The notes: generated from the sequence alone by a model not told the origin. A DNA stretch of 64,000 nt from an uncultured Candidatus Actinomarina sp. (GCA_902578135.1 CACHBU010000001.1:211569-275568), one strand, 5' to 3'; positions 9,354-18,158 are shown, numbered from the stretch's first letter. Made by a program: numbers and translations.

Positions 9354-9434
9354 AATAATGAAGGCGACCTGACTTATCTTTCGAATTACAGTTGCGGGAC
9401 AGTGTTAGATTTTCACTAACTTCGCTCCATTATT
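9354..9434 (-). promoter_or_regulatory. Cobalamin (B12) riboswitch aptamer, compact form; the expression platform continues to about 9268
   Basis: The minus-strand read is AATAATGGAGCGAAGTTAGTGAAAATCTAACACTGTCCCGCAACTGTAATTCGAAAGATAAGTCAGGTCGCCTTCATTATT. It contains the conserved GTGAAAATC...CCCGCAACTGTAA core and a B12-box-like AAGTCAGGTCGCC. It is closed by P1 AATAATG/CATTATT. Confidence 0.85.
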
Positions 9435-9453
9435 CTTGATAAATAGTAGCAGA

Positions 9454-10059
9454 TTAGTTTTCTTCGTCTTCTTCGTTTTCTGTGTTTTTTAATGCATCCA
9501 TAAGAGTAGGTTCTTCAATATCTCTTGGGACGTCTGGTCTTGGTAAATCTTCATTAGGCAAACTTGCCTCTTCTGAGGATTCTTGTCTCACCTTTTTAAT
9601 TGAATTTACAATCGACATCAGAACTGTTTCTTTTTGTTCGTTTTTTTTCTGAGTTTTAAATTCCTCTTTTGTTGTCTTCTGAGGTGTTTCTAAATGAGAC
9701 TCCTCTAATACAACCACTTCAATACCCCCAACAAGGTCTGAAACGAGGTTGTAGAAAAAGGCGCCGATAGTAGCGAGGGCTGTTTGGGTCAGCATATAAA
9801 CTGCTGCTAAAGAAACTACACTTGTAAAGAGTGTTTCAATATTTCCGACAAGCGAGGCATCTTGATCAAGAAGCGCCAGTCTTCTTGCAATATCTTCAAG
9901 GCCTTGTGGAACTCCTGCGTTAACCAATAAAACCCACATTATTGATAATCCAAGCACCACAGTTAATGCAACAACAAAATTAAGTACTAGCGTGACTTTT
10001 AATACGGTCCAAGGGTCTATTTTTCTGATTATTCTTCTTACTCTGTTTACTCTGACCAT
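9454..10059 (-). CDS. DUF3566-like transmembrane protein (the conserved actinobacterial gene downstream of gyrA)
   Basis: RRIIRKIDPWTVLKVTLVLNFVVALTVVLGLSIMWVLL matches the DUF3566 N-terminal pattern. It sits immediately 3' of gyrA. Acidic tail. Confidence 0.75.
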   Translation of the reverse strand: MVRVNRVRRIIRKIDPWTVLKVTLVLNFVVALTVVLGLSIMWVLLVNAGVPQGLEDIARRLALLDQDASLVGNIETLFTSVVSLAAVYMLTQTALATIGAFFYNLVSDLVGGIEVVVLEESHLETPQKTTKEEFKTQKKNEQKETVLMSIVNSIKKVRQESSEEASLPNEDLPRPDVPRDIEEPTLMDALKNTENEEDEEN

Positions 10060-10061
10060 TT

Positions 10062-12563
10062 TTAGCTCTTTATAGGTATGAAAGCTGAAACTTCTTCTTC
10101 AGAAGACAGCTTCATAACCCTTACTCCTTGTGCTGATCTACTCATTTGTTTTATTTGCTTTACTGCACATCTTATTGCAGTACCGCCTGTACTCATAAGC
10201 ATAACCTCGGTATCTTCATCTACAGACCTTGCTCCAACTAAATTTCCTTTACTTTCCGTAATTTTAAGAGCTTTCACTCCCATGCCGCCTCTTCCTGCTC
10301 TTCTAAATTCATCAAGTTTCGTACGTTTCCCATATCCCTTAGCTGTAATAAATAGGAGAGTTTCATCTCTAGAGGTAGCTGCACCTACAACCTTGTCTCC
10401 CTCTCTAAGTTTTATTCCCCTCACACCCATTGCTGTTCTTCCTTGGGGTTTAAGGTTGGTCTCATCAAATCTAATTGCTTGCCCGTTTTGAGAAACAAGT
10501 ATGACATCTTCTTTGCCAGAGGTCGTTTTTACAGAAACAACCCTATCTTCGTCTTTTAGTTTTATTGCTTGTAAGGATTTGTAATTCGAATCAAAATCCT
10601 TAAAGCTAGATTTTTTAACTGTTCCTTTTTCTGTCATTATTAGTAAAAACTTCTCAGTTTCGTAGTCTCTTGTGTCAATAATTGCTTGCACCTTTTCGTC
10701 TTGTCCCATCGAAAGAACATTTTGAATTAAAGAACCCTTTGCTGTTCTGTTGGTTTTTGGAATTTCATGTGCTTTGGCCCGATATACTTTTCCGCGGTCT
10801 GTAAAGAATAAAAGATATGAGTGTACAGAAGTAGAAAGAAGGTGCTCTATGACATCTTCATTTGATGAAGCAGCTTTAACTCCTTTGCCGCCTCTGCCTT
10901 GCTTTTTGTATGAAGTTGATGGTACAGATTTTACATATCCATTTGCCGATACAGATACAATGATTTCTTCATCTTCAATAAGGTCTTCTATTGAAACCTC
11001 TCCAACGTCTGGAACAATTCTTGATCTTCTTTCGTCGCCAAACTTGTCGGTAATTGCTTCTAGTTCTTCGATTAAAATCTTATCTTGTTTTGCTCGACTT
11101 TTTAAAATTGAAGTTAGTTCTTTGATTGTTTCTTTTAGGTCTTTTTTTTCTTCTTCTAGTTTTTCCATTTCAAGCGCGGTTAGTCTCCTAAGGGGCATAT
11201 CCAATATGTGAGAAGCCTGTATCTCACTAAGTTTAAATTTTGTCATTAAAGATTTTCTTGCTGTGTCTACATCTTTTGAGGCTTTTATGACTTTAATAAT
11301 TTGGTCAATCTTTTTTAAAGCCAGAAGCAAGCCTTCTACTATATGGAGTCTGTTTTCGGCTTTTTGTAGTCTGTGTTTTGTTCTTCTTTGTATTACATCG
11401 ATTTGATGATCAATATAATATTTAATTAACTCAGGAACTGAAAGTACTTTTGGAACTCCTTCAACAAGAGCTACTGAGTTTACGGAAAAAGTGTCTTGTA
11501 GTTGAGTTTGTTTAAAAAGTTGATTAAGTACCACTTGTGGAACTGCATCTCTTTTTAGCTCGACAACTAATCTTGTTCCGTTCCTGTCACTGCTTTCGTT
11601 CCTAAGATCAGAAATTCCCAGGAGTTTCTTGTCTTGAACAAGTGTTGCAATTTTTTCCATAATTCGGTCTGTAGATGCTTGGTAGGGTAATTCTTTAACA
11701 ACTATTGCAGACCTACCTCTGCCTAGTTCTTCTACATCAGCAACAGCTCTTATTTTGATTGATCCTCTTCCTTTTAATATTGCTTCTTTAATTGTTGGTG
11801 TATCGACAACAAGACCACCCGTTGGGAAATCCGGTCCTTTAATTATTTTTAGATAGTCTTTTGGTTTTACATCCTTGTTTTCAACAGTGTATTTAACAGC
11901 TTCTGTTATCTCTCTAAGGTTATATGGCGGCATATTTGTTGCCATTGCTACAGCAATTCCTTCTGCACCGTTAACAAGGAGGTTTGGAAATCTTGCAGGT
12001 AAAACTTTAGGCTCTGATGTTTCGCCTGAATAGTTTGGTTCAAAATTTACAGTGTCCTCATCAATTCCATCCAATAATTGTGATGAGAGAGATGACATTC
12101 GTGACTCTGTGTATCTCATAGCTGCGGGTGGATCGTCGGGTGTTCCAAAGTTGCCTTGGGGCTCGATAAGTGGGTATCTTGTACTAAAGTTTTGTCCAAG
12201 CCTTACTAGTGTTCCATAAATTGCATCATTGCCGTGAGGGTGATAATTACCCATTACATCACCAACGACTTTTGAACATTTTCTAAATGGACCTGTTGGT
12301 CTTATACCCGTTTCATACATAGAATACAAAATTCTTCTCTGAACTGGCTTTAAACCGTCCTTAACATCTGGCAAGGCTCTTGATACAATTACAGACATTG
12401 CGTAGTCTAAAAAAGACTTCGATATTTCGTCTTCTACAGCAATAGTTCCGTTTGATGTGTTGTCAGTGTTTTTTTCTTCTTTTATAGATTTTTTAGCTGC
12501 TGGTTTTTTAGCTGCTGGTTTTTTAGCTGCTGGTTTTTTTGATGGTGGTTTTTTAGTTGGCAT
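10062..12563 (-). CDS. gyrA: DNA gyrase subunit A, with a Lys/Pro/Ala-rich N-terminal extension
   Basis: AMSVIVSRALPDVKDGLKPVQRRILY and the active-site region AAMRYTESRM, plus C-terminal beta-pinwheel repeats. The ATG overlaps the gyrB stop by 1 nt (TAATG). Confidence 0.97.
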   Translation of the reverse strand: MPTKKPPSKKPAAKKPAAKKPAAKKSIKEEKNTDNTSNGTIAVEDEISKSFLDYAMSVIVSRALPDVKDGLKPVQRRILYSMYETGIRPTGPFRKCSKVVGDVMGNYHPHGNDAIYGTLVRLGQNFSTRYPLIEPQGNFGTPDDPPAAMRYTESRMSSLSSQLLDGIDEDTVNFEPNYSGETSEPKVLPARFPNLLVNGAEGIAVAMATNMPPYNLREITEAVKYTVENKDVKPKDYLKIIKGPDFPTGGLVVDTPTIKEAILKGRGSIKIRAVADVEELGRGRSAIVVKELPYQASTDRIMEKIATLVQDKKLLGISDLRNESSDRNGTRLVVELKRDAVPQVVLNQLFKQTQLQDTFSVNSVALVEGVPKVLSVPELIKYYIDHQIDVIQRRTKHRLQKAENRLHIVEGLLLALKKIDQIIKVIKASKDVDTARKSLMTKFKLSEIQASHILDMPLRRLTALEMEKLEEEKKDLKETIKELTSILKSRAKQDKILIEELEAITDKFGDERRSRIVPDVGEVSIEDLIEDEEIIVSVSANGYVKSVPSTSYKKQGRGGKGVKAASSNEDVIEHLLSTSVHSYLLFFTDRGKVYRAKAHEIPKTNRTAKGSLIQNVLSMGQDEKVQAIIDTRDYETEKFLLIMTEKGTVKKSSFKDFDSNYKSLQAIKLKDEDRVVSVKTTSGKEDVILVSQNGQAIRFDETNLKPQGRTAMGVRGIKLREGDKVVGAATSRDETLLFITAKGYGKRTKLDEFRRAGRGGMGVKALKITESKGNLVGARSVDEDTEVMLMSTGGTAIRCAVKQIKQMSRSAQGVRVMKLSSEEEVSAFIPIKS
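12489..12533 (-). repeat. Perfect 15-nt x3 tandem repeat inside the gyrA 5' end
   Basis: TTTTTTAGCTGCTGG is repeated three times on the plus strand. On the coding strand this is CCAGCAGCTAAAAAA, encoding (PAAKK)x3. Confidence 0.95.
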
Positions 12564-14488
12564 TATACGTCGAGAAACCTCACGTCTTTAGCGTTCTTTT
12601 CAATAAAAAGTTTTCTTTTTGAAACATCATTTCCCATTAAAATTTCAAACATGTCAGAAGCTTTTGCCATCGCACCTTTAGCGTCTGCAAGCGTAACTTT
12701 AATTAGGGTTCTAGTCTCAGGATTCATTGCGGTGTCCCACAGCTCCCCAGCGTTCATTTCTCCCAACCCTTTGAATCTGCTTATATCAAACTTTTTGTTT
12801 TTGTTTTCTTTTTTAAATTTATTTAGTGCTTCGTCGTCTTTTAGGTATGTTATTCCTGATGATGCTTTTACTCGATATAACGGTGGTTCTGATATCCAGA
12901 CTTTTCCGCTTGTTATCAAACCTGGCATAAATTTAAAAAAGAACGTAAGAAGCAGTGTTCTAATATGTGCACCGTCAACATCAGCATCTGTTAAAAATAT
13001 TATTTTGTCATATCTTGACTCTTCTTCGTTGAACTGAAGCTTTATACCGGTACCAATAGCTTTAATAAGTGCGCTTATTTCTTCATTTTGAAGTGCTCTG
13101 TTTTCTGTAACTTTTTGAACGTTTATAATCTTTCCCCTGATTGGCAGAATTGCTTGAACTCTTGAGTCTCGTGCTTGTTTAGCAGGACCAGCTGCTGAGT
13201 CTCCTTCTACAATAAACAACTCACTTTCTGTTGGGTCTGTTGAAGAACAGTCTGCAAGTTTTCCTGGAAGACCTGAGGTCTCTAAAATGCTTTTACGCTT
13301 GGTGAGCTCTCTAGCTTTTTTTGCACTCATTCTTGCTTTTGCAGCAACTGCGCATCTTTCTACTATTGCTCTACCCTCTTTGGTGTTTTTGGTTAACCAT
13401 TTTGGAAATTCTTCATTAATTAGGACTTGAACCCTTGATTTCATTTCAGTATTTCCTAATTTTGTTTTTGTCTGTCCCTCGAATTGTGGTTCTTTTACTC
13501 TTACAGATACCACGCCTGTAAGCCCTTCTCTTATGTCGTCTCCCGTTAAAGATATGTCCGAATGAAGATTTCTTTTTTTTGCAAAGTCATTAATTGCTTT
13601 GGTAACAGCTGTTCTTAGCCCTTCTTCATGAGTGCCACCTTCTAGGGTGTGTATGTTGTTAGCAAAGCTTTTTATTGTTACGTCGTCTTCGTTTTTCCAT
13701 TGGAGTGCAACCTCAATTTCTGAATCTTTTGTTTGGTCTGAAAAAGAAATTATTTTTTGATGTAGTGGATCAAAACCGTCATTTAAATACTCAACAAAAT
13801 CTGTGAGGCCACCTTTATAGTGATATTCTTCTTTTGTAGGTGGCTTAACCCTGTTATCAACAAGTGTTATTTTCAAACCTTTGTTAAGAAATGCGGTTTG
13901 TCTAAGTCTTTCATCAACTATGTTGTAATCATATGTTTGAGTCTCATCAAATATTTCTGAATCTGCTAAAAAGTTAACTTTTGTACCTGTTTTTTTTGAA
14001 ATTTTTCCTTTTTTGATTTTGGATTTTGGTTTTCCCAAGTCAAAGTCTTGATTCCAAAAATGACCGTCTCTTTGAACCTCTACTTTAACGTATTTTGATA
14101 AAGCGTTAACAACAGATATTCCAACTCCATGCAATCCACCACTAACGGTATAGGCTCCCGATTCAAACTTTCCACCAGCATGAAGTGTTGTTAATACTGT
14201 TGTGAGTGCAGATATTTTTGTTTTGGGGTGCGGTTTTACTGGTATTCCGCTTCCGTCGTCTTCAACAGTAACTGAGCCATTTTTTTCTAGACTAACTTTT
14301 ATCTTAGAACATCTTCCAGCCATAGCTTCATCAACAGAGTTGTCTAAAACTTCCCAAATTAGGTGGTGTAATCCATTTGGACCTGTAGATCCAATATACA
14401 TTGCAGGGCGCTTTCTAACTGCTTCTAGACCCTCAAGAATTTTTATATCTTTTGAATCGTAACTATTATTTGAATCTTTTTTAGACAC
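12563..14488 (-). CDS. gyrB: DNA gyrase subunit B
   Basis: EGLEAVRKRPAMYIG, LHHLIWEVLDNSVDEA, EGDSAAGPAKQARD and PIRGKIINV. GTG start with GGAG RBS. Confidence 0.97.
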   Translation of the reverse strand: MSKKDSNNSYDSKDIKILEGLEAVRKRPAMYIGSTGPNGLHHLIWEVLDNSVDEAMAGRCSKIKVSLEKNGSVTVEDDGSGIPVKPHPKTKISALTTVLTTLHAGGKFESGAYTVSGGLHGVGISVVNALSKYVKVEVQRDGHFWNQDFDLGKPKSKIKKGKISKKTGTKVNFLADSEIFDETQTYDYNIVDERLRQTAFLNKGLKITLVDNRVKPPTKEEYHYKGGLTDFVEYLNDGFDPLHQKIISFSDQTKDSEIEVALQWKNEDDVTIKSFANNIHTLEGGTHEEGLRTAVTKAINDFAKKRNLHSDISLTGDDIREGLTGVVSVRVKEPQFEGQTKTKLGNTEMKSRVQVLINEEFPKWLTKNTKEGRAIVERCAVAAKARMSAKKARELTKRKSILETSGLPGKLADCSSTDPTESELFIVEGDSAAGPAKQARDSRVQAILPIRGKIINVQKVTENRALQNEEISALIKAIGTGIKLQFNEEESRYDKIIFLTDADVDGAHIRTLLLTFFFKFMPGLITSGKVWISEPPLYRVKASSGITYLKDDEALNKFKKENKNKKFDISRFKGLGEMNAGELWDTAMNPETRTLIKVTLADAKGAMAKASDMFEILMGNDVSKRKLFIEKNAKDVRFLDV

Positions 14489-14565
14489 GAACTATCTCCA
14501 AGATACGCTTCTTTTTGCTTATATTACAGCCCCTTGCTGAACTCTTATTTTACTAGATTTGCTGA

Positions 14566-14847
14566 TTATTGCTGGTTATTATCTACTTGAATATTCAGTT
14601 TTTTTAACTTTATTTTTGTATTTTTTTCTATATCAATTAATAGCTTTTCTTGTTGTAGTTCTATTAGATTTTTCAATCTTTTTGAGTCAACATAGAGGAT
14701 TAACTCATCCCCAACAACTGGTCCCGGTATTATTTCGCTGTAAAGGTTGGTTTTCTGGTTTTTAAAGTGTTTTCTAATCTTTTCGGATTTTGAAAAGTCA
14801 ATACCTGAATCGTTTGGATTGATTTTTTGGGGTTCTTTGTTGAACAT
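14566..14847 (-). CDS. Small DUF721/DciA-like protein (occupies the position of actinobacterial Rv0004)
   Basis: 93 aa. GDELILYVDSKRLKNLIELQQEKLLIDIEKNTKIKLKKLNIQV resembles the DUF721 core (L-x-V-x-V-x-S, then an ir-f-v type ending). Synteny between dnaN and gyrB supports it. The sequence similarity is weak. Confidence 0.4.
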   Translation of the reverse strand: MFNKEPQKINPNDSGIDFSKSEKIRKHFKNQKTNLYSEIIPGPVVGDELILYVDSKRLKNLIELQQEKLLIDIEKNTKIKLKKLNIQVDNNQQ

Positions 14848-15969
14848 TTATTGATTAGTTCTAACAGGCATTAATAAATACTTATAGTGTTCTTCTTCTC
14901 CTTGAATGACAGCTGGTTTGTCATTTCCAGAAAACCTCAGATAAGCTTTGTTTCCTTCCAAAACTTCAATGCCTTGAATTAGATAGTTTGGGTTAAACGA
15001 TGTTTCAAAACCAGAAACGTCCCCTACTTCAAGTCCTAATATTTTTATGTCTACCACTTCGTTGCCTCCACCAATATCTTTATTAGTAGACGAGATGTTA
15101 AGGGTTTTGTCATCCACTACCTTAAGGGTTACAGGTATAAAACCCTCTGCAACAACAGTTGATCTGTCTAGTGATTCCAATATAGATTTTTTATCAACTT
15201 CTATTGAAAAAAGATTTTCTTTAGGAAACAACATTTTATACTCTGGAAACGTTCCTTCTAGTTTTCTCACTGATGTGTAATATCTTTTGTTGTAAAAGTG
15301 AAGTTCTCTTTCTGTTGAGTTTATGTTTATTTCTTCTTCGCTGTCTTCAAATATTTTTATTGTTTCGTTTAAAGACCTAAATGAAACAATTCCTGCGTCG
15401 GAAATGGGAAGGTCAAAAACGGTATTGATTGCAAGCCTGTAGCTGTCGGTTGAAACGAGGTTTGTTTCGTTGTTTTCGTTATCAAAGAAGACTCCTGTGA
15501 GTATTGGTTTTCCTCCCTCTGGAGAGGCTGCTACACCTACTTTTTTTAGTGCATCAAAAAGGTTTGTTGTTTTAAGTTGTTTACCTTCAGAGATGTTGTG
15601 TTGTTCTTCTAGTAGTGTTTTGGGATAAGTTAAGTGATCTAGTTTTCTAAGCCTGTATTCTGTTTTTTTTGTTTCTACTTTGATCTCGTTCCCTATGTCT
15701 GAAAAGATAACTTCTCCTGAAGGTAGTTTCCTTACCACTTCTGAAAAAATTCTTGCATTAACGAGGCATTCTCCGTCGACAATAGACTCTACTTCAAAAC
15801 TGGCTTTTATAACTAGGTCCAGATCAGACCCTGTTAACTCACAAAGGTTTTCTTTATTTTTTATATAAAGACCTTGGAGTGCTGGGGTGGAGGGTTTAAT
15901 ATCAACAGCTTTTGACACTGTTAAAACATATTCTTTTATACTCTTGGTTGTTGTTTTAAATTTCAACAA
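14848..15969 (-). CDS. dnaN: DNA polymerase III beta sliding clamp
   Basis: 373 aa with three-domain clamp length and a C-terminal YLLMPVR motif. It lies directly downstream of dnaA. TTG start according to the ORF track. Confidence 0.92.
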   Translation of the reverse strand: MLKFKTTTKSIKEYVLTVSKAVDIKPSTPALQGLYIKNKENLCELTGSDLDLVIKASFEVESIVDGECLVNARIFSEVVRKLPSGEVIFSDIGNEIKVETKKTEYRLRKLDHLTYPKTLLEEQHNISEGKQLKTTNLFDALKKVGVAASPEGGKPILTGVFFDNENNETNLVSTDSYRLAINTVFDLPISDAGIVSFRSLNETIKIFEDSEEEININSTERELHFYNKRYYTSVRKLEGTFPEYKMLFPKENLFSIEVDKKSILESLDRSTVVAEGFIPVTLKVVDDKTLNISSTNKDIGGGNEVVDIKILGLEVGDVSGFETSFNPNYLIQGIEVLEGNKAYLRFSGNDKPAVIQGEEEHYKYLLMPVRTNQ

Positions 15970-16079
15970 ACACCTCTTGTTCTTCTATACATATAACAAT
16001 AATAAAGCTGTTTAAAGTGTTTAAAAAAACAGAAAACACCTTAAAAGGCTTTAAAAACACATTAGTAGTTTTCAACATT

Positions 16080-17420
16080 CTAAACACCAACAAACTTTGT
16101 TAAGTTATTGTCTATTTTGTTGTTGAAAATGTTAACTTCTTTTTTAAACAAACTTGAACCTTCGACTTTCTTTATAGAAGAGAGAACCGTTGAGTGAGAT
16201 CTGTTCCCTACGTATAAACCAATTTGGTTTAAGGAGTACTCAGTATGTTTCCTCATCAAATAAATAAACAGGTGCCTAGCGTTGCTTACAAGTTCACTTC
16301 TGTTTTTTGAAAGAACAAGCCTTTCGTCAACCTGATAAACCTCTGAACAGTATTTTAGAATAAACTCCGGAGTCAACTCCATTATCTTGTTGTTGCTATA
16401 CATTGAAACGAGCTCGGATATGTATTTGTTGTTACTTACACCAGTTTGTTTGTTAATAATTAGATTGTTAACAACACCATTTATTTCTCTAAAGCTTTGA
16501 AAGTCCAATGAAAGTAACATTTCTAAATCATTTTTAGAAAACAACAAACCTTCAAATTCAATATTGTTCTTTTTTAAGACTTCAGAAAAAATTTCCCTAT
16601 CAGGTTTTTCTATATCTGTTACTAGTCCGTTTAAAATTCTAGAAACCAAACGATCCGGAAAACCATTAAGTTCTTGGGGTTTCTGGTCGGATGCTAAAAC
16701 CACAGACTTTGAATTGTTTAAAAAATAGTTAATTGTATGAAAAAGCTCTTCAGAAACACCTTTTTTGCCTACAAAAAACTGAATATCATCTACTAATAAA
16801 ATGTCTACAGACCTAATTCTCTTTTTAAAGTTGTCAATATCATTATTTTTTATACCGGAAATATATGACTCAAGAAAAGATTCCGAGTCAATATAGAAAG
16901 AGGAATTACTTGACGACTCAATAGTTTTCAAAAGATGGGTTTTTCCAACACCCGGTTTACCATAAACAAAAAGTGGATTAAACCGTTTACCGGGTGCTAT
17001 AACGACATTTTTAGCTGCTGTTATTGCCAGATTATTACAACCACCAACAAAAAGCTCATCAAAAAAGGACAAATCATAATAAGTCTCAGCAACAATATCA
17101 TCTTGTTTTTTCTCAACTACGGTTGTTTCAACGCTTGACCTTTCATATACACTTGTTTTTTGAAAGTTTTTATCAACAACAAAAACACAATTAGCTTTGC
17201 TGTTATATTTAAGTTGATATACTGACTTAATTTTTGAATAGACCTTTTTCTCAATAGCTGATTTTATAAAATCAGATGAAACAACAATACAAAGGTCGTT
17301 CTCATCATTTATTTCAAAGCCAACCTGATCTAACCAATATCTATCTGTCTTGTTGGTCAAAGACTTTTCTAATAAAGCTTTAAACTCTTCAAGCAATACA
17401 GTATTTTCCCTACTCCCCAT
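16080..17420 (-). CDS. dnaA: Chromosomal replication initiator DnaA
   Basis: Walker A GKPGVGKTHLL, Walker B ILLVDDIQF, and the C-terminal DNA-binding signature RSHSTVLSSIKKV. Confidence 0.96.
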   Translation of the reverse strand: MGSRENTVLLEEFKALLEKSLTNKTDRYWLDQVGFEINDENDLCIVVSSDFIKSAIEKKVYSKIKSVYQLKYNSKANCVFVVDKNFQKTSVYERSSVETTVVEKKQDDIVAETYYDLSFFDELFVGGCNNLAITAAKNVVIAPGKRFNPLFVYGKPGVGKTHLLKTIESSSNSSFYIDSESFLESYISGIKNNDIDNFKKRIRSVDILLVDDIQFFVGKKGVSEELFHTINYFLNNSKSVVLASDQKPQELNGFPDRLVSRILNGLVTDIEKPDREIFSEVLKKNNIEFEGLLFSKNDLEMLLSLDFQSFREINGVVNNLIINKQTGVSNNKYISELVSMYSNNKIMELTPEFILKYCSEVYQVDERLVLSKNRSELVSNARHLFIYLMRKHTEYSLNQIGLYVGNRSHSTVLSSIKKVEGSSLFKKEVNIFNNKIDNNLTKFVGV

Positions 17421-17696
17421 AACCAGATATAAACTTAATTACCTAAACAAGATTTTCATAGAGTGTGAAAAACAGATTAAAATTTCACAAAGTGTTTAAA
17501 ACTTTGAAAAACCTCAATAAACATTGAGTAAAACCCTAAACAATTAATAAACATTAATTATTAATAAAGTTGTTTGTTAAAGCTAGTTAATTTGTTTTTC
17601 GCGAGCTAAAAATCTTTTTCGCGAACTAGTTAAAAATAAAATTTATTTTGTTTTGTTTAATTAATTTCTTCATTTATTCTTACAAACAGGTATTAA
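17421..17696. other. Candidate oriC / divergent dnaA-rpmH control region
   Basis: Gene orientation switches here. The spacer is very AT-rich. There is one perfect DnaA box (TGTGAAAAA at 17464-17472, the complement of TTTTTCACA) and a facing AATTTCACA at 17481-17489. GTGTTTAAAA at 17492-17501 also occurs in the dnaA-dnaN spacer at 16017-16026. Two TTTTTCGCGA repeats lie 20 bp apart. Confidence 0.45.
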
Positions 17697-17831
17697 ATGA
17701 AAAGAACATATCAACCTAGTAATAGAAAAAGAAGCAGAAAACACGGTTTTAGATCAAGAATGCGTACAAGAGCAGGACGCGAAATTCTTAAAAGAAGAAG
17801 AAAAAAGGGTCGTAAAATTCTGTCTGCCTAG
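17697..17831 (+). CDS. rpmH: 50S ribosomal protein L34
   Basis: Below the ORF-track size cut-off. My translation is [44 protein letters not shown]. Confidence 0.96.
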   Translation: MKRTYQPSNRKRSRKHGFRSRMRTRAGREILKRRRKKGRKILSA

Positions 17832-17834
17832 GTA

Positions 17835-18152
17835 GTGAGTGTGAAGTTCACTTCGCTGAATAAAAAAAATCATTTTGATAACCTGAAAAAAGAAGAACTT
17901 TGTATAGCCTCAAAAGGCCTAAAGGTTTTTGTTAAAGAAAACGGTACAACCTCTTCAAGACTTGGAATAAGTATTTCAAGCAAGCATGCAAATGCAGTTA
18001 ACAGAAATAAGTTTAAAAGAAGGATAAGGGAAGCAGTAAGGAGCCTATCAGAGAATAAAAATCTGGACATTTTAGTTGTTGGAAATAAAGATTCGTCAAA
18101 CCTAACATCATCTGAAATTTTGAAGATTTTTAAGTCTCACCCCTTACTCTAA
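17835..18152 (+). CDS. rnpA: Ribonuclease P protein component
   Basis: RLGISISSKHANAVNRNKFKRRIREA motif. GTG start 3 nt after rpmH. Confidence 0.85.
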   Translation: MSVKFTSLNKKNHFDNLKKEELCIASKGLKVFVKENGTTSSRLGISISSKHANAVNRNKFKRRIREAVRSLSENKNLDILVVGNKDSSNLTSSEILKIFKSHPLL

Positions 18153-18158
18153 AAAAGA

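Noticed and set aside
10078-11211. Track ORFs on the strand opposite gyrA (10078-10491 and 10750-11211). Similar antisense ORFs lie opposite gyrB (12651-13037, 14202-14462), dnaN, dnaA, the BNR protein (33836-34288, 34947-35291), the FtsX permease and the M20 peptidase.
   Set aside because: They lie entirely inside strongly supported conserved genes. They translate to low-complexity Ser/Phe/Leu/Ile-rich strings typical of the reverse frames of AT-rich coding DNA. They also lack ribosome-binding sites. I treat them as shadow ORFs.
15970-16079. The dnaA-dnaN spacer as the primary oriC, its usual position in many actinobacteria.
   Set aside because: It is only 110 nt, and I find no 9-mer within one mismatch of TTWTNCACA except TTTTCAACA at its edge. 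The strand-orientation switch and the only perfect box lie in the dnaA-rpmH spacer. I cannot settle this without skew analysis, so oriC is annotated there at low confidence.
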